In this document: positions 27,865-37,165 of the stretch, piece after piece
Position numbering within the stretch: the first letter of the stretch is position 1
Layout of the letters: every line of letters starts with the position of its first letter
Virus record (IMG/VR): IMGVR_UViG_3300009512_000012
Length of the DNA stretch: 64,000 bases
Direction: 5' to 3' (one strand)
Source: an uncultured virus (IMG/VR IMGVR_UViG_3300009512_000012)
Lineage: Duplodnaviria; Heunggongvirae; Uroviricota; Caudoviricetes
Notes under the pieces: generated by a model
Databases searched by the model: none
Told to the model about the DNA's origin: nothing
What the model saw: only the letters and a program-made list of their open reading frames with translations
Program-made: the position numbers and the translations under genes

Positions 27865-28005
27865 CTATTTCCCCTGACCATTATACTTTTTATATGAACG
27901 TCTTTTACTTTTGTTCATAGAACTCATCTTCACTTTTCCATTTCCAATAGAAGTCCTTTTAATCTTAGGTTCGTATACCGAACTCGTATTCAGTGCTCTT
28001 GCCAT
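27865..28005 (-). CDS. small basic protein (46 aa)
   Basis: MARALN...KRTSIG...MNKSKRRSYKKYNGQGK*; translated by hand. Confidence 0.6.
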   Translation of the reverse strand: MARALNTSSVYEPKIKRTSIGNGKVKMSSMNKSKRRSYKKYNGQGK

Positions 28006-28007
28006 AA

Positions 28008-29870
28008 TTATGTCCTTTCAATTAATGGTTTATATATTGTTATTAGTTCTGCTTTTCCTTTTACTTTGATTTTATCTACTTCTACTGATTTAGTATTATA
28101 AAGTTGTTTCATAGTATAAGAAGAGTACAGTGTTGGCAATATCTTGCCATCTTTGTCCTTGTAGTTTCTAGTTGCTGATTCCAATCTAGCTGCAAGATTA
28201 ACTGCATCACCAATAACAGAATAGTCAAATCTAGTATCACTTCCCATATTACCAACAATACAAGTACCTGTGTTAACACCTGAACCTATATTGATTTCTG
28301 GTAACTTTTTTTCTTTAAATTCTTGTTTTAGTTTTTCTGTTTCCTCTGCACATTCAATCGCAGTCTTAACTGCCATTTCAGCATGATTAGGATTATCTAA
28401 TGGTGCATTCCAAAAGGCCATAATACAATCACCCATGTATTTGTCTATAGTTCCACCATTGTCTAAAACAATTTTACTCATACGATTTAAATAATCATTA
28501 ATAACTTCTACCAAACCTTCTGGGTCATTATTATTTTTATAGTGTTCAGAAATTGGTGTAAATCCTACTATGTCCATAAACAGAAAAGACATCTCTCTTC
28601 TTTCGCCACCAAGTTTTAATTTACTTGGGTCTTTCTGTAATATTGCAACCTGTCTAGGGTCTAAGTAAGTTTCGAATTGTTTTCTAATTTGTTGTTTTAA
28701 TTGAAACTCTAAAATAAATCGATTAAAGATACTATGTAATCCTACAAAGAGTATTGTAACTAATATCCATGTAGCATCAACTAACATCAATTTGTTTGTA
28801 AAGAAATAATATGTTCCGTACACAGCACCTGCTGAGAAACCAATCATTATTAAACCAACTAACCAATATGCCGTATATCTTGTTAATATAATAATTAATG
28901 CACCTACTAGGAATGCTGTTACTAATTCTGCAAGGAAAGATATATCAACTCTTTCTATATTTGTACCATCAACAACTGTTTGTAAAGTAGAAGCAAGAAC
29001 AACATAATCATATTGAGCACCAGTTGGTGTAGCAATTACTCCACCTAAACCTTCTGCCTTCATACCAATAACAATTGTTTTTCCTTCTAAACTAATTTCG
29101 TTTGTATCTAAATCTGCAAGAGATATTTCTGGGTAAGACTTATTCCATGTTAACCATATTCTTGCGTTTGCATCAGTATTGATTGTTGCAAACCCAGGTA
29201 CTCTCATTGCAATAATACCTGCATCCCCTGATTTGACTTGATAACTCGGGTCACCAACTGCAACTCGAATAACTTCTATTGCAATATTTGGATAAACATC
29301 GTTTCCTATCTTCATCAATAAAGGCATTCTTCTAACAACACCATCGACTTCTGGTGCTGTATTTGTTGTACCAACACCTGCGGCGTTATCACCGATTTGT
29401 GGAATTGGCCCAACCATACCTGGCCATTCAAATAACCAATCTAAGGGATTACCAATTTTAGCAACTCCTCTTGGGTATCCGTTTTGACTTGTTTGATGTG
29501 AACCTGTCTGTGCGACAACAACAAAATTACCATTAAGTGTTTGACTAAAAAATTCATCACCACCCATTCTATCTTGTTCTGAAAATAAGATAGGCATAAC
29601 AATAACACCTGCACCTTGTTGTCTTAATTTTATAATTGTATTTGCCATGACAGTTCTATCCCATGGCCATTGTCCATTTTCTTCAATTGCTTTTTCATCA
29701 ATCGTTACAATTACAATTTCATTAGATATAATTTTATCTTGAGATTGAAAGAGAAGGTCGAATGATTTTAGTCTAAGAATTTCTTTGATTTGTGGGTCTT
29801 GTAGTCCTATCCATATTAAGGTAAATAAAGTTACAAATGCAACTGTCCAATGTGTGAATATTTTTTTCAT
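28008..29870 (-). CDS. CHASE2-domain class III adenylate cyclase
   Basis: GQWPWDR, DGVVRRMPL (CHASE2); 3 TM; FMDIVGFT, DKYMGDCIMAFW, YSVIGDAVNLAARLES. Confidence 0.93.
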   Translation of the reverse strand: MKKIFTHWTVAFVTLFTLIWIGLQDPQIKEILRLKSFDLLFQSQDKIISNEIVIVTIDEKAIEENGQWPWDRTVMANTIIKLRQQGAGVIVMPILFSEQDRMGGDEFFSQTLNGNFVVVAQTGSHQTSQNGYPRGVAKIGNPLDWLFEWPGMVGPIPQIGDNAAGVGTTNTAPEVDGVVRRMPLLMKIGNDVYPNIAIEVIRVAVGDPSYQVKSGDAGIIAMRVPGFATINTDANARIWLTWNKSYPEISLADLDTNEISLEGKTIVIGMKAEGLGGVIATPTGAQYDYVVLASTLQTVVDGTNIERVDISFLAELVTAFLVGALIIILTRYTAYWLVGLIMIGFSAGAVYGTYYFFTNKLMLVDATWILVTILFVGLHSIFNRFILEFQLKQQIRKQFETYLDPRQVAILQKDPSKLKLGGERREMSFLFMDIVGFTPISEHYKNNNDPEGLVEVINDYLNRMSKIVLDNGGTIDKYMGDCIMAFWNAPLDNPNHAEMAVKTAIECAEETEKLKQEFKEKKLPEINIGSGVNTGTCIVGNMGSDTRFDYSVIGDAVNLAARLESATRNYKDKDGKILPTLYSSYTMKQLYNTKSVEVDKIKVKGKAELITIYKPLIERT

Positions 29871-30226
29871 TGATTAATTTCTAACCCACACCAAGTATGA
29901 TTACAAAATAATGTGGAGTTATATGTTTTGTCATTACCTGTTTGATAGATGTTTAAAAAACTGCCACTACCACTACCTCCACTTACTGTTACATCAACAT
30001 CATTATTGTTACCGACTTGTTGAACATCTAAACTACCACCAATCCATGAGCTACCTGAAACATCAATATCGTTATCAATACCATCTTGCAAAATATTAAC
30101 TGTGGCTGTATTACCTGTGACTGATAGTGTTAAGTCATTGGCTTCTGTGTTTTCAATTTTAAATGTGCATGAAACTAATAATGTGATTATTAATATACTA
30201 CTGATTTTGTATAATATTGATTTCAT
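29867..30226 (-). CDS. small curlin-like exported protein
   Basis: Signal peptide or lipobox (LVSC); repeats Q.G..N.(I/V)DV. Confidence 0.55.
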   Translation of the reverse strand: MKSILYKISSILIITLLVSCTFKIENTEANDLTLSVTGNTATVNILQDGIDNDIDVSGSSWIGGSLDVQQVGNNNDVDVTVSGGSGSGSFLNIYQTGNDKTYNSTLFCNHTWCGLEINQ

Positions 30227-31334
30227 TACTTCCCTCTCCTAATGTGTAATCTCGAATTTCGAAATCTTGTTGTGTAACATTTATTATATATCCATTCTCT
30301 TGGTCTAACTTTAATCTAATTATGTTTCCTGATGCATCTTCTCGTTCCCATATATAGTTTCCGTCTTCTATTATCAATAAGACACCAAACTCGTCTCTAC
30401 CTTCTTTTCTTTTGTCTTTTACTTTATCAAATTCACTTCTCATTTGCAAGGCCAATTGTTTATTTAACTCTGCCAATATGTCACCTAAAAAGTTTTGTTC
30501 TAAAAAATCAATGTCTAATCTATTAGAATATTCGTCTTCTTCAACTTCTAGTAAATCAACATCTAAATCATCAAACTTTAAAAAGTCAATATCTAGTGCG
30601 TTTCCTATCATTTTTAGATTCTTTTCGTATTGAATCTGGTCGTCTAGTTTTGGCGGTCGTCTTACAATTAACAAGTTGTTAATAAGTGATTCATCTAAAT
30701 CCAAAATCACTGGTGATAATGGTTTACTTTCAGGTGTATCAACTTGTGTTGCCTGAAATGCTTGATTCATTACAACAAACCCAGCGTCAGATTCTACACT
30801 AATTTCACCAACAAAACAATTACCACTTGTGTCGCAACTTGGTAATAATATAATTGTTGATGAACCTATCTCATCAACTGTCATTGCAAAATCTGTACCT
30901 CTAACTGATACAGTAGCAGTTGGTGTCTCTATATTTATATTCTGTGCTGAGTTCTTTGCAATTTGACCTGAGGCATATCTCACCGTTCCTAAAGTTGCCT
31001 TTAAGGATAGTTTACCTGTCTTTGCTTTTGGGTCATAGACAAATTCATCTATGATTAATTTAGAATGAGAAGTAACGTCAACTCTTGTATCGTCTAAAAA
31101 CTCAATAGCAAGTTTTCCTTTGCCTGTTTTAACTGTATCATAAGAAAAAATATCTAAGTCTTTTTCTACTGTAACCTCTGAGTTATCTTCTCTTTCGATT
31201 ACTGAATTTCCTTCTTTCAGTACTACATCACCTATACTTGATGCATAAAGCGTAGTACTGAATAAGATTAGGAAAATACCTAAAACGACTGTTTTAGTCT
31301 CTTTGAATAATATCGATATTTGCATTGTCACCAC
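30198..31334 (-). CDS. FecR-domain exported protein
   Basis: D.VKTGKG...F.DDT.V, IETPTATVSVRGTDF FecR motif. Confidence 0.85.
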   Translation of the reverse strand: MVTMQISILFKETKTVVLGIFLILFSTTLYASSIGDVVLKEGNSVIEREDNSEVTVEKDLDIFSYDTVKTGKGKLAIEFLDDTRVDVTSHSKLIIDEFVYDPKAKTGKLSLKATLGTVRYASGQIAKNSAQNINIETPTATVSVRGTDFAMTVDEIGSSTIILLPSCDTSGNCFVGEISVESDAGFVVMNQAFQATQVDTPESKPLSPVILDLDESLINNLLIVRRPPKLDDQIQYEKNLKMIGNALDIDFLKFDDLDVDLLEVEEDEYSNRLDIDFLEQNFLGDILAELNKQLALQMRSEFDKVKDKRKEGRDEFGVLLIIEDGNYIWEREDASGNIIRLKLDQENGYIINVTQQDFEIRDYTLGEGSNEINIIQNQ

Positions 31335-31980
31335 TTGTTGTTAAGTTAATCATATTATCATATACACCTGATTGTGTAATATCGACATCTGCTATCGAAC
31401 CTGTATGTGAATGAATTAATGTGTGACCTACAGAATCACCATCGCCGTCTATATCAATTAAGTAATTGTTAGTGTCGCCATTTACTGTAATAGTTAAAAT
31501 AGCACTTACACCATCAACTGTTGCCGCTATGGTATTACTATCTGAGCCTGAAGCACCTGTAATATTTACAGTTGAACCTGCGGCTGAAGATGTTTCACCT
31601 ATGTCTAGGTCTATATCATTTGATGAACCTGTCATGGTTATGTTAGCAGTTACGTTTCCACATGAACTGTTATTATTACCACTATCACAATTTAGGTCTA
31701 CATCGTTTGAGTTACCAGTCAAGTTTATAACACCTGTATAAGTGGCACCATTAATTTGATATTTGATAACATTACTATCACCGACTTGGTCAATATTCAA
31801 ACTAGTGGTAGCACCAGAAGATGCAGAAGCAGTTGTACTATTACCTATCGTGTTATTTTGTCCGTCTTGTAAAACATCAAAGGTTAATGATGCACCCGAC
31901 TGTGTTACATAAATGTCGTTTGCGTTAACCGGAATTATTAAAAACATAACAAACATGACGAAACCTATTATTTTTACCAT
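31294..31980 (-). CDS. curlin-like beta-repeat protein (CsgA/CsgB-like)
   Basis: Signal peptide then NDIYVTQSG; Asn/Ser/Gly/Thr-rich repeats (Q/T).G.SN.I. Confidence 0.65.
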   Translation of the reverse strand: MVKIIGFVMFVMFLIIPVNANDIYVTQSGASLTFDVLQDGQNNTIGNSTTASASSGATTSLNIDQVGDSNVIKYQINGATYTGVINLTGNSNDVDLNCDSGNNNSSCGNVTANITMTGSSNDIDLDIGETSSAAGSTVNITGASGSDSNTIAATVDGVSAILTITVNGDTNNYLIDIDGDGDSVGHTLIHSHTGSIADVDITQSGVYDNMINLTTSGDNANIDIIQRD

Positions 31981-32013
31981 GTCTTTCCCTCGTTTGAACT
32001 ATGTTGTTCGTTA

Positions 32014-32967
32014 TTATTTATGTATTGGATGGTTTTCATCGGTCGATTCTATGGACTTTTCGATGACTTCTACCTGTTGATTTTCCACATTATTGGTGTT
32101 TTTATCAACTTTATTTTCGTTTTCTTTTGGTATTTCTATTAATTCATTCTTAAATTTCCAAAATTCTTCTTTTTCACCATCCATTATAATATTTAAAACT
32201 GCATATTCGATTGCAGTTCGAATTGCATAATTTGTGGGTTCATTTACTGCGACACCTGTTTCAACTTCTAATGCCTTAGTTCCCATATCTAAAAACTTAA
32301 AAACATCACCACCTTCACTATGGCTTGCAATTGTTTTAGTTACATTTGTTGTAAGTAATATCTCACCAGTTTGTACTGATATAAGTCTCATGGCAACTGT
32401 TACTTGGTCAACTCTATAAGCATCATTTATACCGATACCAAAGTATCTTGCACCAAAACCACCAGAGTTAGTATTACTGTCGTATCCTACAATTCCACCT
32501 TCAACTATTAAACCTGCAAAGAGAAGTGGTTTAAGTATATTTTCTATTTCTTGTTCACCGTCATATAAATCTCTTGTTGAACGAATAAGTTGTCTTTCTT
32601 TAACAAGATTGTCTAAATTTTTTCTTTCGATGACTTGAAACCAATCACCACCAGATACACTTTTCAATGCATTAATAACAAAGACATCAGCACCTTGTGT
32701 TACTGCTGTAGATAATTGAGAAAACTTTGTACTTGGTTTTCTTTGTCCTGTCTGGTCTGTAAAATCATAAACTGCAATAGTAATTACTGGTTGATTATCT
32801 AAATCAGGTATTTCACGCAACAAGACTATTGTTGGTGTACCTTCAACATAAGGCATAGAACCTTTGTATGTTGATTTATTTCCTTGAGAAGTTTGACAAC
32901 CACTTAATAACAAGGTCAATGTAATCAACACTATCACCCCAATGTATGACTGAATATTTGATTTCAT
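32014..32967 (-). CDS. csgG: curli secretion channel CsgG lipoprotein
   Basis: LLSGC lipobox; AVYDFTDQTGQRKP, STAVTQGA, ER..LDNLVKERQLIR, EGGIVGYD. Confidence 0.93.
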   Translation of the reverse strand: MKSNIQSYIGVIVLITLTLLLSGCQTSQGNKSTYKGSMPYVEGTPTIVLLREIPDLDNQPVITIAVYDFTDQTGQRKPSTKFSQLSTAVTQGADVFVINALKSVSGGDWFQVIERKNLDNLVKERQLIRSTRDLYDGEQEIENILKPLLFAGLIVEGGIVGYDSNTNSGGFGARYFGIGINDAYRVDQVTVAMRLISVQTGEILLTTNVTKTIASHSEGGDVFKFLDMGTKALEVETGVAVNEPTNYAIRTAIEYAVLNIIMDGEKEEFWKFKNELIEIPKENENKVDKNTNNVENQQVEVIEKSIESTDENHPIHK

Positions 32968-32969
32968 CT

Positions 32970-33254
32970 TTAGTCTCTCCTTGCGTCTTCTTTACCATCT
33001 GCCCTACTTATTCTCTCTTCATCTTGTCTCAAATTCAATGCATCTGATATTTGAATATCTAATTTAATCATATCATTATTCATGTTTTTTACTCTATTGT
33101 CTAATGCCATAATAATTCCATGCATTCCTGATACTTGACCTATAACGGATTCAAGTATATATTTTAATATTAAAAATATAAAGTATCCCATAACAACTGC
33201 AGCTGCTACAGGTAATCCAAATTCAGCAAGTATAGTAAAGAATATATTGTCCAT
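32970..33254 (-). CDS. small membrane protein (paralog of 33769..34029)
   Basis: EFGLPVAAAVVMGYFIF TM, then ALDNRVKNMNNDMIKL coil. Confidence 0.7.
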   Translation of the reverse strand: MDNIFFTILAEFGLPVAAAVVMGYFIFLILKYILESVIGQVSGMHGIIMALDNRVKNMNNDMIKLDIQISDALNLRQDEERISRADGKEDARRD

Positions 33255-33262
33255 TATCTATC

Positions 33263-33760
33263 TTAAAATACAAAATCCCCTATCGGTACTGTTATAACAG
33301 TAATCGTACCATCATCAGAAGTAACAGTCAATGTTATTATATCGGAAGTTGTATCTTTAACCCAAGCAATTGTAGCACCCTCTATCTCTGAAGTACCACT
33401 AGTTGGACATGTTGTTGTACTACTATCACAACTTGTTCCAAACATATTATCTACTAATTGTTTTGATAAGTTTGCGTAGATTCTTGATTCGACATTTGCA
33501 ATAAACTTATTGACAGTTTTATTTTTTTCTGCTCTTTCTGCAGCTGAGGCTGCTGATTTTCCCTCATCTTTCATTTTTTGCCTTCTTTGTTCTTGTAATT
33601 GGTCAACAGATAGTACATGAGAAGAGTAACCATCTCCACTAAATGCAGGGTTACCAAATTCAAAATACATTTCACTTGCATAGACAGGTTTTACTGACCA
33701 TGCTATAAATACGATTATTAGGATAAAAAGACCGGGTAAATATTTTTCTTTATTGTTCAT
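33263..33760 (-). CDS. csgF: curli assembly protein CsgF-like
   Basis: Signal peptide; mature N-terminus SEMYFEFGNPAFSG; TITVITVP C-terminus; next to csgG. Confidence 0.8.
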   Translation of the reverse strand: MNNKEKYLPGLFILIIVFIAWSVKPVYASEMYFEFGNPAFSGDGYSSHVLSVDQLQEQRRQKMKDEGKSAASAAERAEKNKTVNKFIANVESRIYANLSKQLVDNMFGTSCDSSTTTCPTSGTSEIEGATIAWVKDTTSDIITLTVTSDDGTITVITVPIGDFVF

Positions 33761-33768
33761 ATTAGTAT

Positions 33769-34029
33769 TTATTCTTTATCTTCTTTACGTTTCTCTATTT
33801 CTCTTAAAGTTAGGACTGTATTCAGTTTAGAACGCAATCTAATCAAATCATTATCTAACATACGAATTCTATCGATTAAAGCAATAAGAACTGTACTCAT
33901 CTCTGATAATTTAACTTTAACTTGAGTTGTTATATACGTATAAATGAAGTATATAAAGTAACCCATACCTATTGCGGCTAGGGTTGCAAAACCGTATTGA
34001 TTTAATACTTCAACAATATCCATAGACAT
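33769..34029 (-). CDS. small membrane protein (paralog of 32970..33254)
   Basis: QYGFATLAAIGMGYFIYF TM, then ALIDRIRMLDNDLIRL. Confidence 0.7.
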   Translation of the reverse strand: MSMDIVEVLNQYGFATLAAIGMGYFIYFIYTYITTQVKVKLSEMSTVLIALIDRIRMLDNDLIRLRSKLNTVLTLREIEKRKEDKE

Positions 34030-34034
34030 TACTC

Positions 34035-34613
34035 CTATACGATAAGAGTATCTACTTTAAATATTTCTGCATGTTGGGTTTCAATAAAAGCCCCACGATA
34101 AGCAGTAAGATGCTCTGTATCTTTCGTCCACTTTGTTGATACATTTTTGTAACATAAAATGGAATTTTTCTTTTGCTCTATGTATTTAGTAATATCTACG
34201 AAGACATTTGCATCAAAACTAGTGTACTTTTGACAATAAGGATATGCATTCATATACCATACATTTAAAGGTTGTTTTCGTCTTAAACTGTTTCCTAAGT
34301 TATGACAGAATCTATGGTCTTGATGCCAATCTTCTTTCCAATGCGTTATGAGTAAGTCATAGGATGATATATCAATTAATCCCTCAATTTCTGCGACAAC
34401 TTCTCTTGTTATTGATTCATCTCTATGTTCAAGATATAGTGGATTAAAACCAAGTATCTTCGAAGATTCAGGTACATATTTTTTATGAGGTACATTTGAA
34501 CAAACAATTAAGTTTGTTACTTCAACACCTTCATCAACAAATCTTGCAACTGTTCCACCACACGCCAGTTCTAAATCATCTGGGTGTGCAGTTAATACTA
34601 AAACTTTTTTCAA
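34035..34613 (-). CDS. PIG-L/LmbE family deacetylase
   Basis: AHPDDLELACGG and DWHQDH motifs. Confidence 0.9.
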   Translation of the reverse strand: MKKVLVLTAHPDDLELACGGTVARFVDEGVEVTNLIVCSNVPHKKYVPESSKILGFNPLYLEHRDESITREVVAEIEGLIDISSYDLLITHWKEDWHQDHRFCHNLGNSLRRKQPLNVWYMNAYPYCQKYTSFDANVFVDITKYIEQKKNSILCYKNVSTKWTKDTEHLTAYRGAFIETQHAEIFKVDTLIV

Positions 34614-35323
34614 TGGGTATCCTTTCTAGAATGTGTCCAAATTGCTTTATCATACCAATCTAGATACTTGTCGCCTGTGTAATCTTCAAATGCATAGATA
34701 TATCTTTCGGGGTATTCGGGTGATTCTTTGAAACACCAATGTGCAGGTTGTAATAAAAGTTCAGCATGTTTAACCATATCCCAAACAAAGTTTTGTTCAC
34801 CCAAATCTTTTCTCTCTACAAATCCATTTTCATAGTAGTACTTTTGATAATACTCATAGTGTATTTTAAATATTTGTGCAACATGTTTAAAATCATGAGA
34901 TTTAAACTTATAGTAGTTACCACTAATAGGACAATCTTTCATCTTATCTTTTGCCCACCATCTTGGCATACTTGCAAATTGACCTTCTTTAATAGGAAAG
35001 TTGATAACACAACTAGGGTCATCATGCCAGAACATATCAATATCTACTACGATGGTTTCATCGTGTTTATCTGCATTTAACATCTCTGGGTCAAAGAAAT
35101 AAGATTTAACCCAATGATTATGTCTTTTGATTTCTTCTTCTTTTAAATAATGATTAACAATTTGAACATCATTTGAAAAATCAACCATTGGTGTATCTGA
35201 TAATAAGTGAAACTTTACATTTTCAACATTGTTATTTACAGGTTCTATTAAGTCCTTAACTAGTTTACTAGTTTGATGGCCTTTTAGTTCTTCGCCATAT
35301 TTTACCATACAAAAGTGTATCAC
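34610..35323 (-). CDS. glycosyltransferase-like protein
   Basis: CMVKYG N-terminus, VDID motif, GEQNFV. Confidence 0.6.
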   Translation of the reverse strand: MIHFCMVKYGEELKGHQTSKLVKDLIEPVNNNVENVKFHLLSDTPMVDFSNDVQIVNHYLKEEEIKRHNHWVKSYFFDPEMLNADKHDETIVVDIDMFWHDDPSCVINFPIKEGQFASMPRWWAKDKMKDCPISGNYYKFKSHDFKHVAQIFKIHYEYYQKYYYENGFVERKDLGEQNFVWDMVKHAELLLQPAHWCFKESPEYPERYIYAFEDYTGDKYLDWYDKAIWTHSRKDTH

Positions 35324-35655
35324 AACTTATCATGCAATCTTACAAAATAATCTGCATCTACTAAGACTAGGGGTTTAGTATTATTTCTTTTTAATACTAC
35401 GATAGGTTCATACTTACCAGAGTTCTCTTTGGCTTGGTCATAAGACTTCCAAATATTAAGTGCCTCTTGATTTTTGCATTCTATAGAATAAGGAAACTTT
35501 TCCCTAGCCGCACGGGCCATGATGAGGTCTTCCCCACCTGCGCCCATACTTCTAGATTCTATATCTTCTTCATGTATATTAAGCTTTTCAATCAGTAAAT
35601 CACGAAACCATTGTTGTAATCTACGACCCTTTGCTTTGGCCGATTGTGTTTTCAT
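35320..35655 (-). CDS. PD-(D/E)xK Holliday-junction-resolvase-like endonuclease
   Basis: SAKAKGRRLQ, GAGGEDL, SIECKNQE motifs. Confidence 0.8.
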   Translation of the reverse strand: MKTQSAKAKGRRLQQWFRDLLIEKLNIHEEDIESRSMGAGGEDLIMARAAREKFPYSIECKNQEALNIWKSYDQAKENSGKYEPIVVLKRNNTKPLVLVDADYFVRLHDKL

Positions 35656-35810
35656 TCATCCTCATCTTCTTCATACGAAACATATTCATTCTCATTATCT
35701 TGTTGAGTACCACAAAATGGGCAGTACTCAATGATAAAATAATTTGAATCTAAATCATGTTTAATCTCATATGTTGCTTCACATTCCTCACATAAGATAT
35801 TTTTTTTCAT
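35652..35810 (-). CDS. small zinc-ribbon protein (52 aa)
   Basis: CEEC...CPFCG with acidic tail; translated by hand. Confidence 0.65.
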   Translation of the reverse strand: MKKNILCEECEATYEIKHDLDSNYFIIEYCPFCGTQQDNENEYVSYEEDEDE

Positions 35811-37148
35811 TTAAAATAGACTTTCTTGTACATGTTTGTCATGGGTATTTTCATGGTTATGTTCTTCTATTGTACATGTACCTTCATCTGCGTCACAATT
35901 AACTTTAGAGTTTGGGTCTTCATAAGCAACACCCCAATCACCAGTTAATCCAGCGACTTCATACTCGGTCACTCTATTTTCAAAGAAGTTCGTATGGTCT
36001 GCGGCATTTAAAATCCACTCTAACCATGGTATCGGATTTTCTTTGACTTTAAAGTTTGTCTTCAATCCAAGTTGTAGTAATCGTCTGTCTGCGATATATC
36101 TTATATATGTCTTAACATCTTCCTTAGGTAGACCTTCTGGTTCACCCATTTTGTATGCTAATTCAATAAACGCATCCTCAAGGGCAACAACTTTTCTTGA
36201 CATCTCGTAGATTTCTTTCTTTAATTCATTATCAACTAAAGACGCATTTTCAGCACAGAATGCTCTGAATAAATGTGCAATACCTTCAACGTGCATTGAT
36301 TCATCTCTTACTGACCACTCAACAATCTTACCAGAACCTTTCATCTTACCGAATCTTTGAAAGTTTAGTAACATAACAAACGATGCAAATAATGAGATAC
36401 CTTCGTTCATAACTGATTTAGCAAGTGCAAGTGCCATTCCTCTTTTTGTATTTACGTTAGAATCCATCATAAAATCTACTTTGTCAGCCATCTCTTGATA
36501 CTCTAGGAATGCGTGAAACTCTTCGTCTGGTAAACCAAGTGTTTCATTTAATAATGCATATGCTCTTTGATGTATTCCTTCTCTTGATGCAAACGAACCT
36601 AACATGTTTCTTATTTCATTGTTTTTAAACTTTGGTAAGAGTTGGTCGTAATAGTTTTGTCCAACAGCAACATCTGATTGTGTGAAAAGTCTAAGAACAT
36701 GTGTTACAAATTCTTTATCAATATCAGTCATCTTGCCGCCCTTCCAATCAGTTACATCTTCGGATAGGTCAACCTCATCTTCAATCCAATGAACTTTTTC
36801 ATGTTTTTGAACAAAGTCAACTGCCCATGGATAATGGAAAGGTTTGTATGTTTCATTAAACTTGTAAAGTCCACCACCTCTTTTTTTAAGAATCTTTTCT
36901 GAACTTTCAAGCAATTGTGCATAACCACCAATTCTTTCACCATTCACAAAAATTTGGGGAACAGACATAATACTACCTGTCTTGTTTCCTATTTTTTCCT
37001 CTACATTATTAACTCTTTGGAAAAATTCTAACTTCTCTTCTTCATTGATTATTGAGTGTTCAGTAAACTCAATTCCGTGTTCATTAAACCAATTCTTTGC
37101 GTTTAGACAGTAACCGCAAGTTGGCGTTGAATATATTTGTACGTCCAT
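35811..37148 (-). CDS. nrdB: class Ia ribonucleotide reductase beta subunit with N-terminal glutaredoxin
   Basis: CGYC...SVPQIF...IGGY Grx domain; EGIH, DESMH iron ligands; NFFE. Confidence 0.93.
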   Translation of the reverse strand: MDVQIYSTPTCGYCLNAKNWFNEHGIEFTEHSIINEEEKLEFFQRVNNVEEKIGNKTGSIMSVPQIFVNGERIGGYAQLLESSEKILKKRGGGLYKFNETYKPFHYPWAVDFVQKHEKVHWIEDEVDLSEDVTDWKGGKMTDIDKEFVTHVLRLFTQSDVAVGQNYYDQLLPKFKNNEIRNMLGSFASREGIHQRAYALLNETLGLPDEEFHAFLEYQEMADKVDFMMDSNVNTKRGMALALAKSVMNEGISLFASFVMLLNFQRFGKMKGSGKIVEWSVRDESMHVEGIAHLFRAFCAENASLVDNELKKEIYEMSRKVVALEDAFIELAYKMGEPEGLPKEDVKTYIRYIADRRLLQLGLKTNFKVKENPIPWLEWILNAADHTNFFENRVTEYEVAGLTGDWGVAYEDPNSKVNCDADEGTCTIEEHNHENTHDKHVQESLF

Positions 37149-37165
37149 TTATTTCTCCTTTATGT

